Shown here one piece after another: positions 51,709-62,127 of a DNA stretch of 64,000 nt. The position numbers were made by a program, and so were the translations under genes. Under the pieces are notes generated by a model. That model worked only from the letters and a program-made list of their open reading frames with translations, was not told where the DNA came from and made no database searches. Position 1 is the stretch's first letter; each line of letters begins with the position of its first letter. This stretch comes from Nitrosopumilus sp. (GTDB taxonomy: Archaea > Thermoproteota > Nitrososphaeria > Nitrososphaerales > Nitrosopumilaceae): contig OZ244732.1 of the NCBI GenBank assembly GCA_965219345.1, positions 576,001-640,000 on the forward strand. The letters run 5' to 3'.

Positions 51709-51756
51709 AAATTTCACTAAACGGATAAATTACTTAACAAAAGATTTGTTGTAAAA

Positions 51757-52551
51757 TTGACTGGTAAACTCTACATTGTAGGTGTTGGTCCTGGTAACCA
51801 TGACCACATGACATTTCGAGCAAAAGAAGTAATTGTTGAAAGTGATACAATTGTTGGATATGAAACTTATGTGAATTTAGTTCAAGATCTAATTGAAGGT
51901 AAAACAGTTTATCGTTATGCAATGACACAAGAAGTTGAAAGAGCTCATCAATGCATTGATCTTGCAAAATCAGGTAAAATTGTTTCACTTGTATCAAGTG
52001 GAGATCCTGGAATTTATGGAATGGCTGGACTAATTTATGAAACACTAGCTGAAACTGGTTGGAATCCTAAAGATGGCCTTCAAGTTGAGATCGTTCCAGG
52101 TGTATCAGCACTTAATTCTTGTGCATCAATAGTTGGTTCACCATTAATGACTGATTTTGCAGTTGTTAGTATGAGTGACTTGTTAGTTCCATGGGAAATT
52201 ATTCAAAAAAGAGTTGAAGCTGCGGCACAAGGTGATTTTGTAATTGTTATTTACAATCCTGCTAGCAAGAAAAGAATTCATCAATTACAAGACACTAGAA
52301 AAATTCTTCTAAAATATAGAAAGTCTACAACCCCTGTTGCAATTATCAAAGGAGCATTTAGAAAATCTGAAACGATTGTTATGACTGATTTGGAAAATTT
52401 ACCTAATCATTCAGACAAGTTAGGCATGATTAGTACTGTAATTATCGGAAATTCGTCCACATATACTTACAAAGATTTGATGATAAATCCAAGAGGATAC
52501 AAATCAAAATATAATTTAGAAGAACAGAGTAATCCAGATCTTAAAGTCTAA
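51757..52551 (+). CDS. cbiH: Precorrin-3B C17-methyltransferase
   Basis: VGVGPG, SSGDPGIYGMAG, SDLLVPW, YNP, PRGY. Confidence 0.93.
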   Translation: MTGKLYIVGVGPGNHDHMTFRAKEVIVESDTIVGYETYVNLVQDLIEGKTVYRYAMTQEVERAHQCIDLAKSGKIVSLVSSGDPGIYGMAGLIYETLAETGWNPKDGLQVEIVPGVSALNSCASIVGSPLMTDFAVVSMSDLLVPWEIIQKRVEAAAQGDFVIVIYNPASKKRIHQLQDTRKILLKYRKSTTPVAIIKGAFRKSETIVMTDLENLPNHSDKLGMISTVIIGNSSTYTYKDLMINPRGYKSKYNLEEQSNPDLKV

Positions 52552-53594
52552 TAGTTTTTCTCTATTATATCGTGCAGTTCTTCACTAATATTTAGCTTTT
52601 CTCTAATTGGGGAAATTATTTTTATCAAATAATTTCCGACAGTTTGTTTTAAATCATCTGGGTGTAATTTCTTTTCAGCAAAGTCTGTTTCCAATTGATT
52701 ATAATCTGTATATGATATATTGCCACCAAATTTTTCAGGTCTTTCAATATTCATTTCATTAAATTCATGAAAGATCACTGTTCTTGCAATCTCTAATAAT
52801 GGATTGTTCTGAGTATTTGCTTCTTCACACCATGCTTTGCTAATCTTTTTCTTTATTTTATCATCTGAATTATGAATAAAGACACCTGAATTTGGATCTG
52901 ACTTGCTCATCTTTCCTAATATCTGAGAATTACTAATGTCTTCAGGTTTTGAAAGTCCTGGTAATAGTTTATGATGAACCGCAACCGGAACTTTCCATTT
53001 CATTTTGGGGAAAATCTCTCTTACTAACATGTGGATCTTTCTCTGATCCATTCCTGCATGAGCAATATCTACATCCAAATAATGAATATCAACTGCTTGC
53101 ATTGGTGGATAGAGTAATTTTGCTAGTTCAATTTTCTCTTCATTTTCAGAACGTCCCATTATTGTTAAAGTTCTCATTGTTCTAGCAAGTGACATATGTT
53201 TTGTAAATTTAACAAGTTCAGTCCAATATTCTGTATTTTCTTCGTACAATTTTGAGCCTAAAACTATTTTTGCATCAGGACAAACTAGCTTGAAAGCATT
53301 TTGATAATATTTTGAAACTTTTGAAATTGTTTCCCAGTCTCCACTTAGTTTATCATTAATTAGAGTATGCCAATCTGCAAGAAAAACTGTGCATTTAACA
53401 CCTGCCTTAACAAAATCATTAATTTTGAAACCCGTGCTGATTAAACTGCCAAGATGTAAGAAGCCAGAAATTTCTAAACCTATGTAATGTTTTGGTGAAG
53501 AATTTGTCTTGAATAACTGAATTAACTCATCATGTGTTACTATTTCTTCAGTTGGTGGTCTTTCAATCAAACCTACTTTTTCTAAAATATCCAA
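52548..53594 (-). CDS. tyrS: Tyrosine--tRNA ligase
   Basis: HLGS, ADWH, YPPMQAVD, GMDQRK, KMSKS. Confidence 0.95.
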   Translation of the reverse strand: MDILEKVGLIERPPTEEIVTHDELIQLFKTNSSPKHYIGLEISGFLHLGSLISTGFKINDFVKAGVKCTVFLADWHTLINDKLSGDWETISKVSKYYQNAFKLVCPDAKIVLGSKLYEENTEYWTELVKFTKHMSLARTMRTLTIMGRSENEEKIELAKLLYPPMQAVDIHYLDVDIAHAGMDQRKIHMLVREIFPKMKWKVPVAVHHKLLPGLSKPEDISNSQILGKMSKSDPNSGVFIHNSDDKIKKKISKAWCEEANTQNNPLLEIARTVIFHEFNEMNIERPEKFGGNISYTDYNQLETDFAEKKLHPDDLKQTVGNYLIKIISPIREKLNISEELHDIIEKNY

Positions 53595-53651
53595 ATCAAA
53601 ACAACTTTTGAGATCTAAACGTATAAAGTTATTCTAAACAATTCTAAATTT

Positions 53652-53840
53652 TTACTTACACTTTTTCTTATGTTTTCTTAAATCATCTTCGGTATTAAAT
53701 TCAGTCCCACAAACTCGACATTTCTCTTTTTTCTTGTTATGTGCTTTTTCCTGGTGTCTCTCTAATCTTTCAGGATCTGATAGAACTGTCCCACATTTTT
53801 TACATTTTAATTCGTTTTTGCCAGATCCAAATAATCCCAT
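53652..53840 (-). CDS. C2H2-type zinc finger protein
   Basis: CKKC...H...H and CRVC...H...C. Confidence 0.8.
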   Translation of the reverse strand: MGLFGSGKNELKCKKCGTVLSDPERLERHQEKAHNKKKEKCRVCGTEFNTEDDLRKHKKKCK

Positions 53841-53909
53841 GCTAAAAGTAATTCTACATACTAGAAAAAATAGTTTTTACGTAATATTAATACAAAATAT
53901 CTGATCGAG

Positions 53910-54518
53910 CTATATTTTTGACTCATCTAAGCTTTTTCTAGGTTTGATGCTTAGATAAAATGCATGAGTACTAATGATAAAACCTGCAAGAAATACTTTG
54001 GTTGCAAAAACTAAATTCCATGGCCTGTCTGGATCTGGATAAGCAACTGATAATCTATCAATATCTGGAACTATTCCATCAATAATCCCTGCAGTAATCT
54101 GTGCGTTTAACACTGTAAAATTGTATAATACTTCATAGAGTGTAATAATTGAAAATCCTAGTAACATTAACTGAAGTAATGCCATTTTTGTACCAACAAT
54201 TTTGTTTCCAGCAGTTCTTCTCCAACCAATTCTAGTAACACAATACCATCCAATTATAGTAGAAAAAAATATCCAAGTTGTTACTCTTGCAAAATTTTCA
54301 AAAGGAATAGTTGTATTATGAATTGCTTCTCCCATTACATAAGTGCCATTTTCTATCCACTCAACCATTGTTACATACACACCAAAAACTAACGATGATA
54401 CCATGATGAATCCACAAACATAGAAAATGTACAGATAAACCTTGTAACCTGTATCAGTTTTTTCAAGATGACGTGGTTTCATAATGCGTTTGCCTGATTT
54501 TGAAATATAAAAATTCAT
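53910..54518 (-). CDS. Membrane protein (4 TM)
   Basis: Hydrophobic helices, PWNLVFATK. Confidence 0.65.
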   Translation of the reverse strand: MNFYISKSGKRIMKPRHLEKTDTGYKVYLYIFYVCGFIMVSSLVFGVYVTMVEWIENGTYVMGEAIHNTTIPFENFARVTTWIFFSTIIGWYCVTRIGWRRTAGNKIVGTKMALLQLMLLGFSIITLYEVLYNFTVLNAQITAGIIDGIVPDIDRLSVAYPDPDRPWNLVFATKVFLAGFIISTHAFYLSIKPRKSLDESKI

Positions 54519-54563
54519 GCATGCTCGACGAGATTTATAGACTAGTTATTAACAGAATTACTA

Positions 54564-55646
54564 TTGAAAATTGCAATTAACATTCCCATAATAGGCAAGA
54601 AAGAGATCTCTGTAGTTACTTCTTTACTTAGAAACGGTGCTTTAACCTCATCTGCTAATCAGGGTGGCAAACATGTCCAAGCATTTGAAAAATCTGTAAC
54701 CTCCTTTGTAAAATCAAAATATGCCATTGCTGTCAATTCTGGCACTGCTGCCTTACAGGCTGCACTTTATGCACTAGATATCAAAAAAGGCGATGAAGTT
54801 CTAGTCCCATCATTTACTTTTGTTGCAACAGCAAATGCCATTGTTTCAACAGGGGCGAAACCCATTTTTGTTGATATTCTAAAAGAAAACTACACTATAG
54901 ATCCAGATGATCTACAAAAAAAGATTACAAAAAAAACCCGTGCCATTATTCCTGTCCATCTTTATGGAAATGTAGCTAATATAGAAAGACTCTCTGAAAT
55001 TGTTAAAAAATATAACCTTCCTATTATTGAAGATTCTGCACAGTCTTTAGGTTCTACTTACAAAGGAAAACATACTGGTACTTTCTTTGAAATGGGATGT
55101 TATAGTATGTATCCTGCAAAGGTAATGACTTCTGGAGAAGGCGGTTTTATTGTAACCAACAACAAAAAACTCAGAGACAAATTATTGATGATTAGAAATC
55201 ATGGAATGATTAATGGATATGATACTAGAATATTTGGCTTAAACTTACGATTACCTGAAATCAATGCTGCACTTGCAACTATTCAAATAAAAAAGCTTCC
55301 AAGCTTTCTAAAGTCTAGAAAAAAGAATGCAGAACTTTTATCAAGACTGATCTCTGATCTTAAAATTAAACTTCCTCACCAACGAAAAAATGAAATTGTT
55401 AATTGGTATCTTTATACTATTGCAACTGAAAATCGTGATAAACTTTTGAAGAAACTAAACAAAAAAGGAATTGGTGCTGTATCGTACTATCCTACACCAG
55501 TTCACAAAACTCCATTTTACAAACTAAAAACAAAACTTCCTGTTACTGTCTGGGCTGCTTCACATGTTGTTTCTTTACCAATTCATCCAAAAGTAACCCA
55601 AAAAAATATTGAATTCATTGCTAAAACTATACGTGATGTACTGTGA
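54564..55646 (+). CDS. DegT/DnrJ/EryC1/StrS aminotransferase
   Basis: NSGTAAL, FTFVAT, PVHLYG, EDSAQ, YPAKVMTSGEGG. Confidence 0.93.
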   Translation: MKIAINIPIIGKKEISVVTSLLRNGALTSSANQGGKHVQAFEKSVTSFVKSKYAIAVNSGTAALQAALYALDIKKGDEVLVPSFTFVATANAIVSTGAKPIFVDILKENYTIDPDDLQKKITKKTRAIIPVHLYGNVANIERLSEIVKKYNLPIIEDSAQSLGSTYKGKHTGTFFEMGCYSMYPAKVMTSGEGGFIVTNNKKLRDKLLMIRNHGMINGYDTRIFGLNLRLPEINAALATIQIKKLPSFLKSRKKNAELLSRLISDLKIKLPHQRKNEIVNWYLYTIATENRDKLLKKLNKKGIGAVSYYPTPVHKTPFYKLKTKLPVTVWAASHVVSLPIHPKVTQKNIEFIAKTIRDVL

Positions 55647-56583
55647 ATGCTTTAGGCAAAACAATTGGAGAACTATGTAAGATTATTTTACCCATACGAT
55701 GCTTACAGAAGAACAGGTTGATGGGCAGAATAAAATAAAAAACCTGTTGCGGGAAGGCGAGAAGCCACAAAGCAAATATCATATTGACATGCCACTTGAA
55801 CTCAGAGAGACGAAAGATGGCGAAGTAGAGTCACTTCCAGAAACTTCCAAGATGGGTGATACAATAATGATAAGGTTTCACTTTGCAAGAATCAGGGATC
55901 AGTCAGTGGGTTATTTACGATAGATGACGGCGACATTGAATTAGGAACCTATTATCCACGTGCAGAGCATGAGTTGATTTCTAATGCAAGCAATACAGAA
56001 GAGACGGTTTCTGGCTATTAGTTGGATAGGTCGTTTGAAATAGTTCTTCCACAATAACCCGCCCTCCTTTTTTTCTAAAATTTTTCTAAGTAACATAATT
56101 CTAAACGTAATCCTGGATGTACTGTTTCTGTTCTGCTGGATTGGTGCTAGTCCAGTTGAATGACCTTGCAGAAGCTGAAGCCTGTTTCTCCTCTTTCTTG
56201 TCTTCAGCTTGGGACTGCATACGGGGGGGGGGGGGGTCATGGAGTGGAGTTATCGCATGGCGTTCCAACATGCCAGCAATTTAAAAAAAATGTGCCAATT
56301 GTGACAGATATTTTGAATCTTCATTTGACTGTGATGTCTCCCTGTGTGATAACTGCCCAAAGATAACAACTGCCCACAGATATAAAATGCAATACAACAA
56401 AAACGTCATTCAAAAAAACAGATCTTCGGCAGATAAATTCACAAAACCTTAAAAATAGTTTCAGATCCATATCTTGCTGTTTCTAAATCAGAGATACAAT
56501 ATTTTCAAAACAACATAACTCTTGTTAATTTAATCAATGAAACTAATTTTGAAATAATTTCAGATAAAATTAGAATTTCCTAG
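55643..56583 (+). pseudogene. Probable MtrA-like gene: only the ends remain (55643-55696 and 56461-56583) around ~760 bp of foreign DNA
   Basis: GTG overlapping the DegT stop gives MNALGKTIGELCKIILPI; the distal end gives SDPYLAVSKSEIQYFQNNITLVNLINETNFEIISDKIRIS*. Family assignment is from memory of Nitrosopumilus gene order. Confidence 0.55.
56223..56236. repeat. G14 homopolymer
   Basis: 14 consecutive G in an AT-rich window. Confidence 0.9.
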
Positions 56584-56936
56584 TATCCATTTCTCTGTCT
56601 TTCTCGATTAATTTCGTTTTTCTTTTTGTACTCATCTACGATATCATCAGGCGTTAGATTTAGCTCAAGTGATGCCTGAACAACAAAATGCCATATGTCA
56701 ATTAATTCTTCTCTTGCTTCATCTTGATTAAATTCAGTTGGTGTTTTCCACCATTTCCAATTTGTTGTCCTTTGTAGCTCTACTGCTTCATGCATAATTG
56801 CAGTACACAAAGCAGAAACTCTTCCTTCAGAATCTTTTGGATATCTGTCTAGATTCATCATATCTGATAGACCTTCTTGAAGTTTGAAAATTGTATATAG
56901 TCTATCTTTTTCTTTTTCAGACATTTCTTGTGACAA
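56580..56936 (-). CDS. Dimeric (all-alpha) dUTPase-like protein
   Basis: E..EL...WKWWK, EELIDIWHF, KKNEINRERQ..GY. Confidence 0.85.
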   Translation of the reverse strand: MSQEMSEKEKDRLYTIFKLQEGLSDMMNLDRYPKDSEGRVSALCTAIMHEAVELQRTTNWKWWKTPTEFNQDEAREELIDIWHFVVQASLELNLTPDDIVDEYKKKNEINRERQRNGY

Positions 56937-56975
56937 TGATAAATAAATTTGAGAAATAACTGAACTTAAGTCTTT

Positions 56976-57869
56976 TTAGAATTGGATCATTTTTTCATAC
57001 ATCTTAAATCGTTTTGCAATATCACCTTTTTTGATCTTTAGTAATCCGTCTAATCCGTATCTCTCAACTGCAAAAGATCCTAAGACATTTCCATAAATAA
57101 CCGCTTTTTTAATCTCAGATATGCTGATTGATTTTTTGCTTGCAAGATATCCTATCATCGCCCCTGCAAAAGAGTCTCCTGCGCCTGTGGGGTCTACAAC
57201 ATCTTCTAATGAAAAACCTACTGTTGGGAAAATTACATCATCATAAAACATCAAGGAACCATGTTCGCCTTTCTTAATGATTACATATTTTGCGCCCCAA
57301 CGCATCATTTTTTTTGCACATTTTATCAAGTTGAATTCTTTTGTAAGGAGTTTAGCTTCGTCATCATTTATTACAACTGCATCAACAGCTTTTATCATCT
57401 TAATCACTGCCTCTCGTTTGGTAGAAATCCAAAAATCTATAGTATCACACATAGAAAATTTTACCCTATCAAATTCCTTGATTAGTGAAACATTCTGTTC
57501 AGGATCATTGTTTGCAAGATATACAAACTCAGATTTTCTATAAGCTTCAGGTACAGTTGGTTTAAAATCTGCAAGTACATTTAATTCAGTTTTTAAAGTA
57601 GATCTAGTACTTAGCGTATTATCATAACTTCCATCGTAACGAAATGTTTTGCCCTCTTTGATAGTCAATCCTTGTAAATCAAGATATTTAGATAAAACAT
57701 TACGATACTGTTTTGGAAAATCTTTTCCAACTACTGCAATTAATCCAGTATTTACAAAATTGCTTGCAGAAATTGCTGCAAAAGTTGCTGCTCCTCCTAG
57801 AACATTTTTTAATATTTTTTTTGGTGTTCTAATTGTATCTAATGCAGTAGAACCAAAAACGGTAAGCAT
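56976..57869 (-). CDS. PfkB-family carbohydrate/nucleoside kinase
   Basis: LGGAA, INDDEA, DPTGAGDSF. Confidence 0.92.
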   Translation of the reverse strand: MLTVFGSTALDTIRTPKKILKNVLGGAATFAAISASNFVNTGLIAVVGKDFPKQYRNVLSKYLDLQGLTIKEGKTFRYDGSYDNTLSTRSTLKTELNVLADFKPTVPEAYRKSEFVYLANNDPEQNVSLIKEFDRVKFSMCDTIDFWISTKREAVIKMIKAVDAVVINDDEAKLLTKEFNLIKCAKKMMRWGAKYVIIKKGEHGSLMFYDDVIFPTVGFSLEDVVDPTGAGDSFAGAMIGYLASKKSISISEIKKAVIYGNVLGSFAVERYGLDGLLKIKKGDIAKRFKMYEKMIQF

Positions 57870-57880
57870 TTAAGAAGAAA

Positions 57881-58348
57881 TTAATTTTGATGTATAAATT
57901 CTCTTGCTTGGTCTTCCGTTGGATAGAAAACAAATGGAACATCAATTGATGTAAGGAATAAATCATATTTTGTTACTCCAGAAATTTTTATAGATTGAGA
58001 TTTTTCATCAATGTTAGAATCTGTTTGAAAAGTACCTTTGACATAACTATTGCCTAATGGTTGTAATGTGAATGGTTCTAATTGACCTGTACCTACCATT
58101 TCATTATTAGCAATAATAAAGAATTCAGTGCTGCCTGCATCTAGTGTCAACAATGAAGGATTTTCAAACTGTAATTCAATATTATAGTTTGAACCTCTTT
58201 TGTTCTCATTCAATAATTCACTCTGAGTAATGCTTACTCCTATCTGTGATGCAGATGCATACTGTGAATATCCAAAAATACTTATGCCTAGTACGAAGAG
58301 AACGATCAGACCCACTTTTTTGGATGATTTCATGGTTAAATCTTTCAA
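57881..58348 (-). CDS. Membrane-anchored hypothetical protein
   Basis: N-terminal TM followed by a beta-rich domain (FENPS). Confidence 0.6.
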   Translation of the reverse strand: MKDLTMKSSKKVGLIVLFVLGISIFGYSQYASASQIGVSITQSELLNENKRGSNYNIELQFENPSLLTLDAGSTEFFIIANNEMVGTGQLEPFTLQPLGNSYVKGTFQTDSNIDEKSQSIKISGVTKYDLFLTSIDVPFVFYPTEDQAREFIHQN

Positions 58349-58464
58349 AATAACATTTTAACTCAAAAGGAAAAAAATCCCAATTAATTGTGTAAAAGTT
58401 TTGATCTAATCTTAAAGCTCCTTAGAGCTAGCAAAATAAATTAAAACTCGATGATTATTGCTTA

Positions 58465-58950
58465 GTGGCCCGAATTAAACTCAAAATTGGAGAAAATGAG
58501 ATCGAGGTTGACTCTAGAGATTTCTACGTAGATAATCAAACGATAGGTGAAATCATAGATAATATTTCACAACATTTACCAGAAAATCATGCAAAAATTG
58601 TGCATGGAACTGAATCTATCCGAAAATCAACTCAAACTGACCATCTAACTCAATCTGGCTTAGAATACCTAGATGATGCTGAAGTATATGAACCAGAATT
58701 TAGTGAACCAAAATGCATCACTCCTCATGAAATTAAATCAAAATTACGAATTTTAGAAACAAGCAGATTCTTTGATTCTCCAAGAACAGTCACTGAAACT
58801 GTTCAACAACTCAGGGAATATGGTTGGGTTACAGGCTTGTTAGATGTATCAAAAGCTTTAGCAAAAATGGCATCACAGAAAGAACTTATGAAAAACTCCC
58901 ATGATGATCGAGCTCATTATTTTGTTCGAGAATCATTAATATCTAACTAG
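58465..58950 (+). CDS. Hypothetical protein with C-terminal wHTH-like domain
   Basis: IKLKIGENEIEV; FFDSPRT. Confidence 0.6.
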   Translation: MARIKLKIGENEIEVDSRDFYVDNQTIGEIIDNISQHLPENHAKIVHGTESIRKSTQTDHLTQSGLEYLDDAEVYEPEFSEPKCITPHEIKSKLRILETSRFFDSPRTVTETVQQLREYGWVTGLLDVSKALAKMASQKELMKNSHDDRAHYFVRESLISN

Positions 58951-59134
58951 AAGAATAATTACACTTTTCACAAATAGAAAAAGTCTCTCCGGCTAAATGA
59001 TCAAAATGTGTATTACATTGGTTGCATGTATGATGCACATCAAAATATCCATCCTTCTCAACTTCTCCAACTTTATTTGATTTAAGATCTGTACTTTTAC
59101 ATTTTATACAATGACAACCACATTCAACTTTCAT
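58943..59134 (-). CDS. Small Cys/His-rich Zn-binding protein
   Basis: MKVECGCHCIKC...HHTCNQC...CEKC; likely start ATG 59134. Confidence 0.6.
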   Translation of the reverse strand: MKVECGCHCIKCKSTDLKSNKVGEVEKDGYFDVHHTCNQCNTHFDHLAGETFSICEKCNYSSS

Positions 59135-59182
59135 GATTTTTCTCTGATAACGTATGTATAGTTGCAATACCTATACAAATCA

Positions 59183-59338
59183 TTGGAAAAGAAAAGGGAC
59201 ATTCCATTAGAAATTGATGATCATTTCAAGCTTTATGGAAAGGAACCATGGGAAGTAAACTATGGCGAAAAATGCCCAGTTTGTAATGTTAGAATTGATG
59301 AATACGGATTCTGTTCATGTGGTTCTAGCGGAGATTAA
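59183..59338 (+). CDS. Small Zn-ribbon protein (51 aa); not in ORF track
   Basis: (M)EKKRDIPLEIDDHFKLYGKEPWEVNYGEKCPVCNVRIDEYGFCSCGSSGD. Confidence 0.6.
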   Translation: MEKKRDIPLEIDDHFKLYGKEPWEVNYGEKCPVCNVRIDEYGFCSCGSSGD

Positions 59339-60218
59339 ATTTTTTTATTAGTGGTACAACAAGAATCATCAAAAACCCTGCCGCCAATGGAGCAATTATT
59401 GGAAATTCAGGAATTACTGTAGTTCCTATAATTGCAATTTCTCCTGAAGTTTCAGGTCTTATACTAAGCCAAACATGGGTTCCATTATTTATGAATTCAT
59501 GATATGATATTCTTTCTTCATCAAGAAGTATCGTATACGGTTTCCATAATAATTCTAATGGAATTATAGTAGTAACAAATTGATTATCATCACCTACTTT
59601 AAAACTAATTTTTTTATTAAGCCAATCAAAATCAAAATTTTCTATTTCTGCAAGAGTTTTAATCTCCACAAGAAATTCTCTATCTTCCCAATTGACTTGT
59701 TTAATATCACTTGGTACATTAATTGAATATTCTAAAGTAATCTCACAAAAATGACATGAAATTCCCTTTTTTTCACCCAAGAAAACAGGGCTTTGATTCA
59801 TATATATCAAATCCACTTCTTCAGGAAAAATAAATGTAGTTGTTTCTGTATATTTGAAATTCCATGTCCATAAGTTATCTTTTTGAGAAAGTACATGATC
59901 AAGGTCATATTCTATGATGGAATCTCTCTGGGATGGAAAAATCATTACTTCACTAACTCCAATTGCTATGAACTCTTTTTCTTCTCCTTGTTCATTTGTT
60001 ACTACAAGATTTGAAACAGTTCCATCAATTAATTCAACTTGGCTTGGCAATTTTGATGAAACAACAACATGTTTGACATGAACTTCACCATCTAAATTTA
60101 TAATAACTTCTACTGATTTCTGAACAGCTTTTTGACCAAGTGAAAGTTGGGCATCAGCCACAGGAATTACAAATATTATTGAAAGAATTACTAAAAATCC
60201 AAGAGACTTGATATTCAT
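59325..60218 (-). CDS. Surface protein with PEF-CTERM-like archaeosortase signal
   Basis: Signal peptide; C-terminal VIPEFP + TM + KK tail. Confidence 0.8.
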   Translation of the reverse strand: MNIKSLGFLVILSIIFVIPVADAQLSLGQKAVQKSVEVIINLDGEVHVKHVVVSSKLPSQVELIDGTVSNLVVTNEQGEEKEFIAIGVSEVMIFPSQRDSIIEYDLDHVLSQKDNLWTWNFKYTETTTFIFPEEVDLIYMNQSPVFLGEKKGISCHFCEITLEYSINVPSDIKQVNWEDREFLVEIKTLAEIENFDFDWLNKKISFKVGDDNQFVTTIIPLELLWKPYTILLDEERISYHEFINNGTHVWLSIRPETSGEIAIIGTTVIPEFPIIAPLAAGFLMILVVPLIKKFNLR

Positions 60219-60695
60219 TTATTCCACACTTACACGAATCATCTGTGTTTTTTCTAGTGGACAATCGTTGCCGCCTCTTTCAAGATTTACAATTTTGTCT
60301 GCAACATCCATGCCTTCTGTCACTTCACCAAATACAGTGTATTGCCTATCTAGGAATGTACTATCGGCTGTTACTATGAAAAATTGTGAGCCTGCACTAT
60401 CTGGATCTTGTGATCTAGCCATGGAAACTATACCTCGCAAATGAGATCTTGAACTAAATTCGGCCTTGATATTATATCCAGGCCCTCCCATTCCCCATGA
60501 ACCCTTGTTATCGGTTTTTGTGTTTGGATCGCCTCCCTGAATCATAAATCCAGGAATCACTCTGTGGAATAGAGTTCCATCATAGAATCCATCTCTAGCT
60601 AATTTTTCAAAATTTCTGACTGTTTCTGGTGCTAACTCAGGTAAAAGTTTAAATGAAATCTTTCCAAAATTTGTTTCAATATTTGCTGTAGTCAT
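60219..60695 (-). CDS. Cyclophilin-type peptidyl-prolyl isomerase
   Basis: FHRVIPGFMIQGGDP, SMAR, GSQFFI, YTVFG. Confidence 0.95.
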   Translation of the reverse strand: MTTANIETNFGKISFKLLPELAPETVRNFEKLARDGFYDGTLFHRVIPGFMIQGGDPNTKTDNKGSWGMGGPGYNIKAEFSSRSHLRGIVSMARSQDPDSAGSQFFIVTADSTFLDRQYTVFGEVTEGMDVADKIVNLERGGNDCPLEKTQMIRVSVE

Positions 60696-60931
60696 AAAAT
60701 TTGTTCCACTATCTTATCATATGAGTCTTTTGTGAAAATCTCTTTGAAAATTTTTATAGATATTTTAAGTATGTTGAAAAATTCATATCAATCAATACGT
60801 TTCTCGTTGACAAATTTAATCATTGGAGACTTGATTTTTTTATTAAGTAAAAAAATGAATTTTTTAAATATAGTATTTTAGAAATTCAGCAAGTTATAGT
60901 CTTATATAGAACAAACAAAATTTAGTATTCG

Positions 60932-61159
60932 TTGAATCGTACAAATCAAAGCACGATAATTAAAGAAGCAATTAATTCTTATCTTGACAAAGGAGTGACC
61001 AACAAACAGGATATCTATACCAAAGTTGTTGATGAACTTGGGGTTCCAAGACCAACAGTAAGAAGAGTTTCAAGAGATCTGAGAACCGAATTATTACAAA
61101 AGATCCAAATCTTACAATCTGATATGCCTAAATCAACTATTTCTGAGAAAGACGATTAA
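60932..61159 (+). CDS. Small HTH-like hypothetical protein
   Basis: LGVPRPTVRRV. Confidence 0.6.
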   Translation: MNRTNQSTIIKEAINSYLDKGVTNKQDIYTKVVDELGVPRPTVRRVSRDLRTELLQKIQILQSDMPKSTISEKDD

Positions 61160-61243
61160 ACTCGACTCTTTTTTCTTTTTAATTATATTATTTTCATGAT
61201 TTTCAGCATCACTCTTATAAACAATAATTTTTTCAAATAAATA

Positions 61244-61723
61244 ATGGGTTATTTAGGGAATCACTTAGCAACAGTAACCACCGGAGTTTTTGCGGCAGTA
61301 CTAACAGGACTTTGGCCATACTTTATGGACTTTGCACCAGTATTGGATTTTATTTTCATCATGGCAGTTTCTATTACATGGTTTCTCACATTTGCGTGTT
61401 GGATGTCACAGAAAAGTACAGATTACGTGCATAAACAGGCACCAGAACACACCAAGCAAAAAAAAAGCTTGGGTAACACACAAACTATTGTTACTACAAC
61501 TACAGGCAGGCAAGCCAGTATTTCCAACATAAAACAAGTACAAAATGAATTATCTTCTGAACTTAATGATCTGAAAGAATCTATGAAACTAAAAGATAGT
61601 GAAATTGAAAGATTAAATCAGGAAATTTCTAACCTACAAACCCTTGTTCAGATTGAATCATTAAAAACTGAATTAGCCACCCTGAAAATGTTAGCTTCTA
61701 AAAGAAAAATTAAAAATAAATAG
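61244..61723 (+). CDS. Membrane protein with C-terminal coiled coil
   Basis: Two TM helices plus heptad repeats. Confidence 0.65.
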   Translation: MGYLGNHLATVTTGVFAAVLTGLWPYFMDFAPVLDFIFIMAVSITWFLTFACWMSQKSTDYVHKQAPEHTKQKKSLGNTQTIVTTTTGRQASISNIKQVQNELSSELNDLKESMKLKDSEIERLNQEISNLQTLVQIESLKTELATLKMLASKRKIKNK

Positions 61724-61725
61724 TT

Positions 61726-61845
61726 CTAATCTTTACAATGGCAACATTCTATGCCATGATTATTTTTACAACTAGGGCAACTTACTGCACCACCATAATG
61801 GCATTTACATGAACACAATTCAGTTGGATCTTTTTTCAAACTCAA
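61726..61845 (-). CDS. Metallothionein-like small protein (39 aa); not in ORF track
   Basis: (M)SLKKDPTELCSCKCHYGGAVSCPSCKNNHGIECCHCKD: 8 Cys + 3 His; TTG start. Confidence 0.5.
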   Translation of the reverse strand: MSLKKDPTELCSCKCHYGGAVSCPSCKNNHGIECCHCKD

Positions 61846-62127
61846 TAGTATAATTTCTATGTCATGTTAATATTTTACCTTTCAAGTCAGAACATAAATG
61901 AATTAGAACAAATTTTTTTTTCCAAATATGGGTTTTTCTATAATATCTAAAAATATAATCTCCCAAAGTAATGTTATTGTTAGTTTGTTAATTAATGAAT
62001 TACACTCTGCTCAAAGTACTGTAAATGAAGATGATTCTAACAAATTCAGATACTATGATAATTTTAACAGTATTACTGCTATCAAAGAATCTTGGTTTGA
62101 CCTTTGTGTTTGAGTCAGCACTATATT

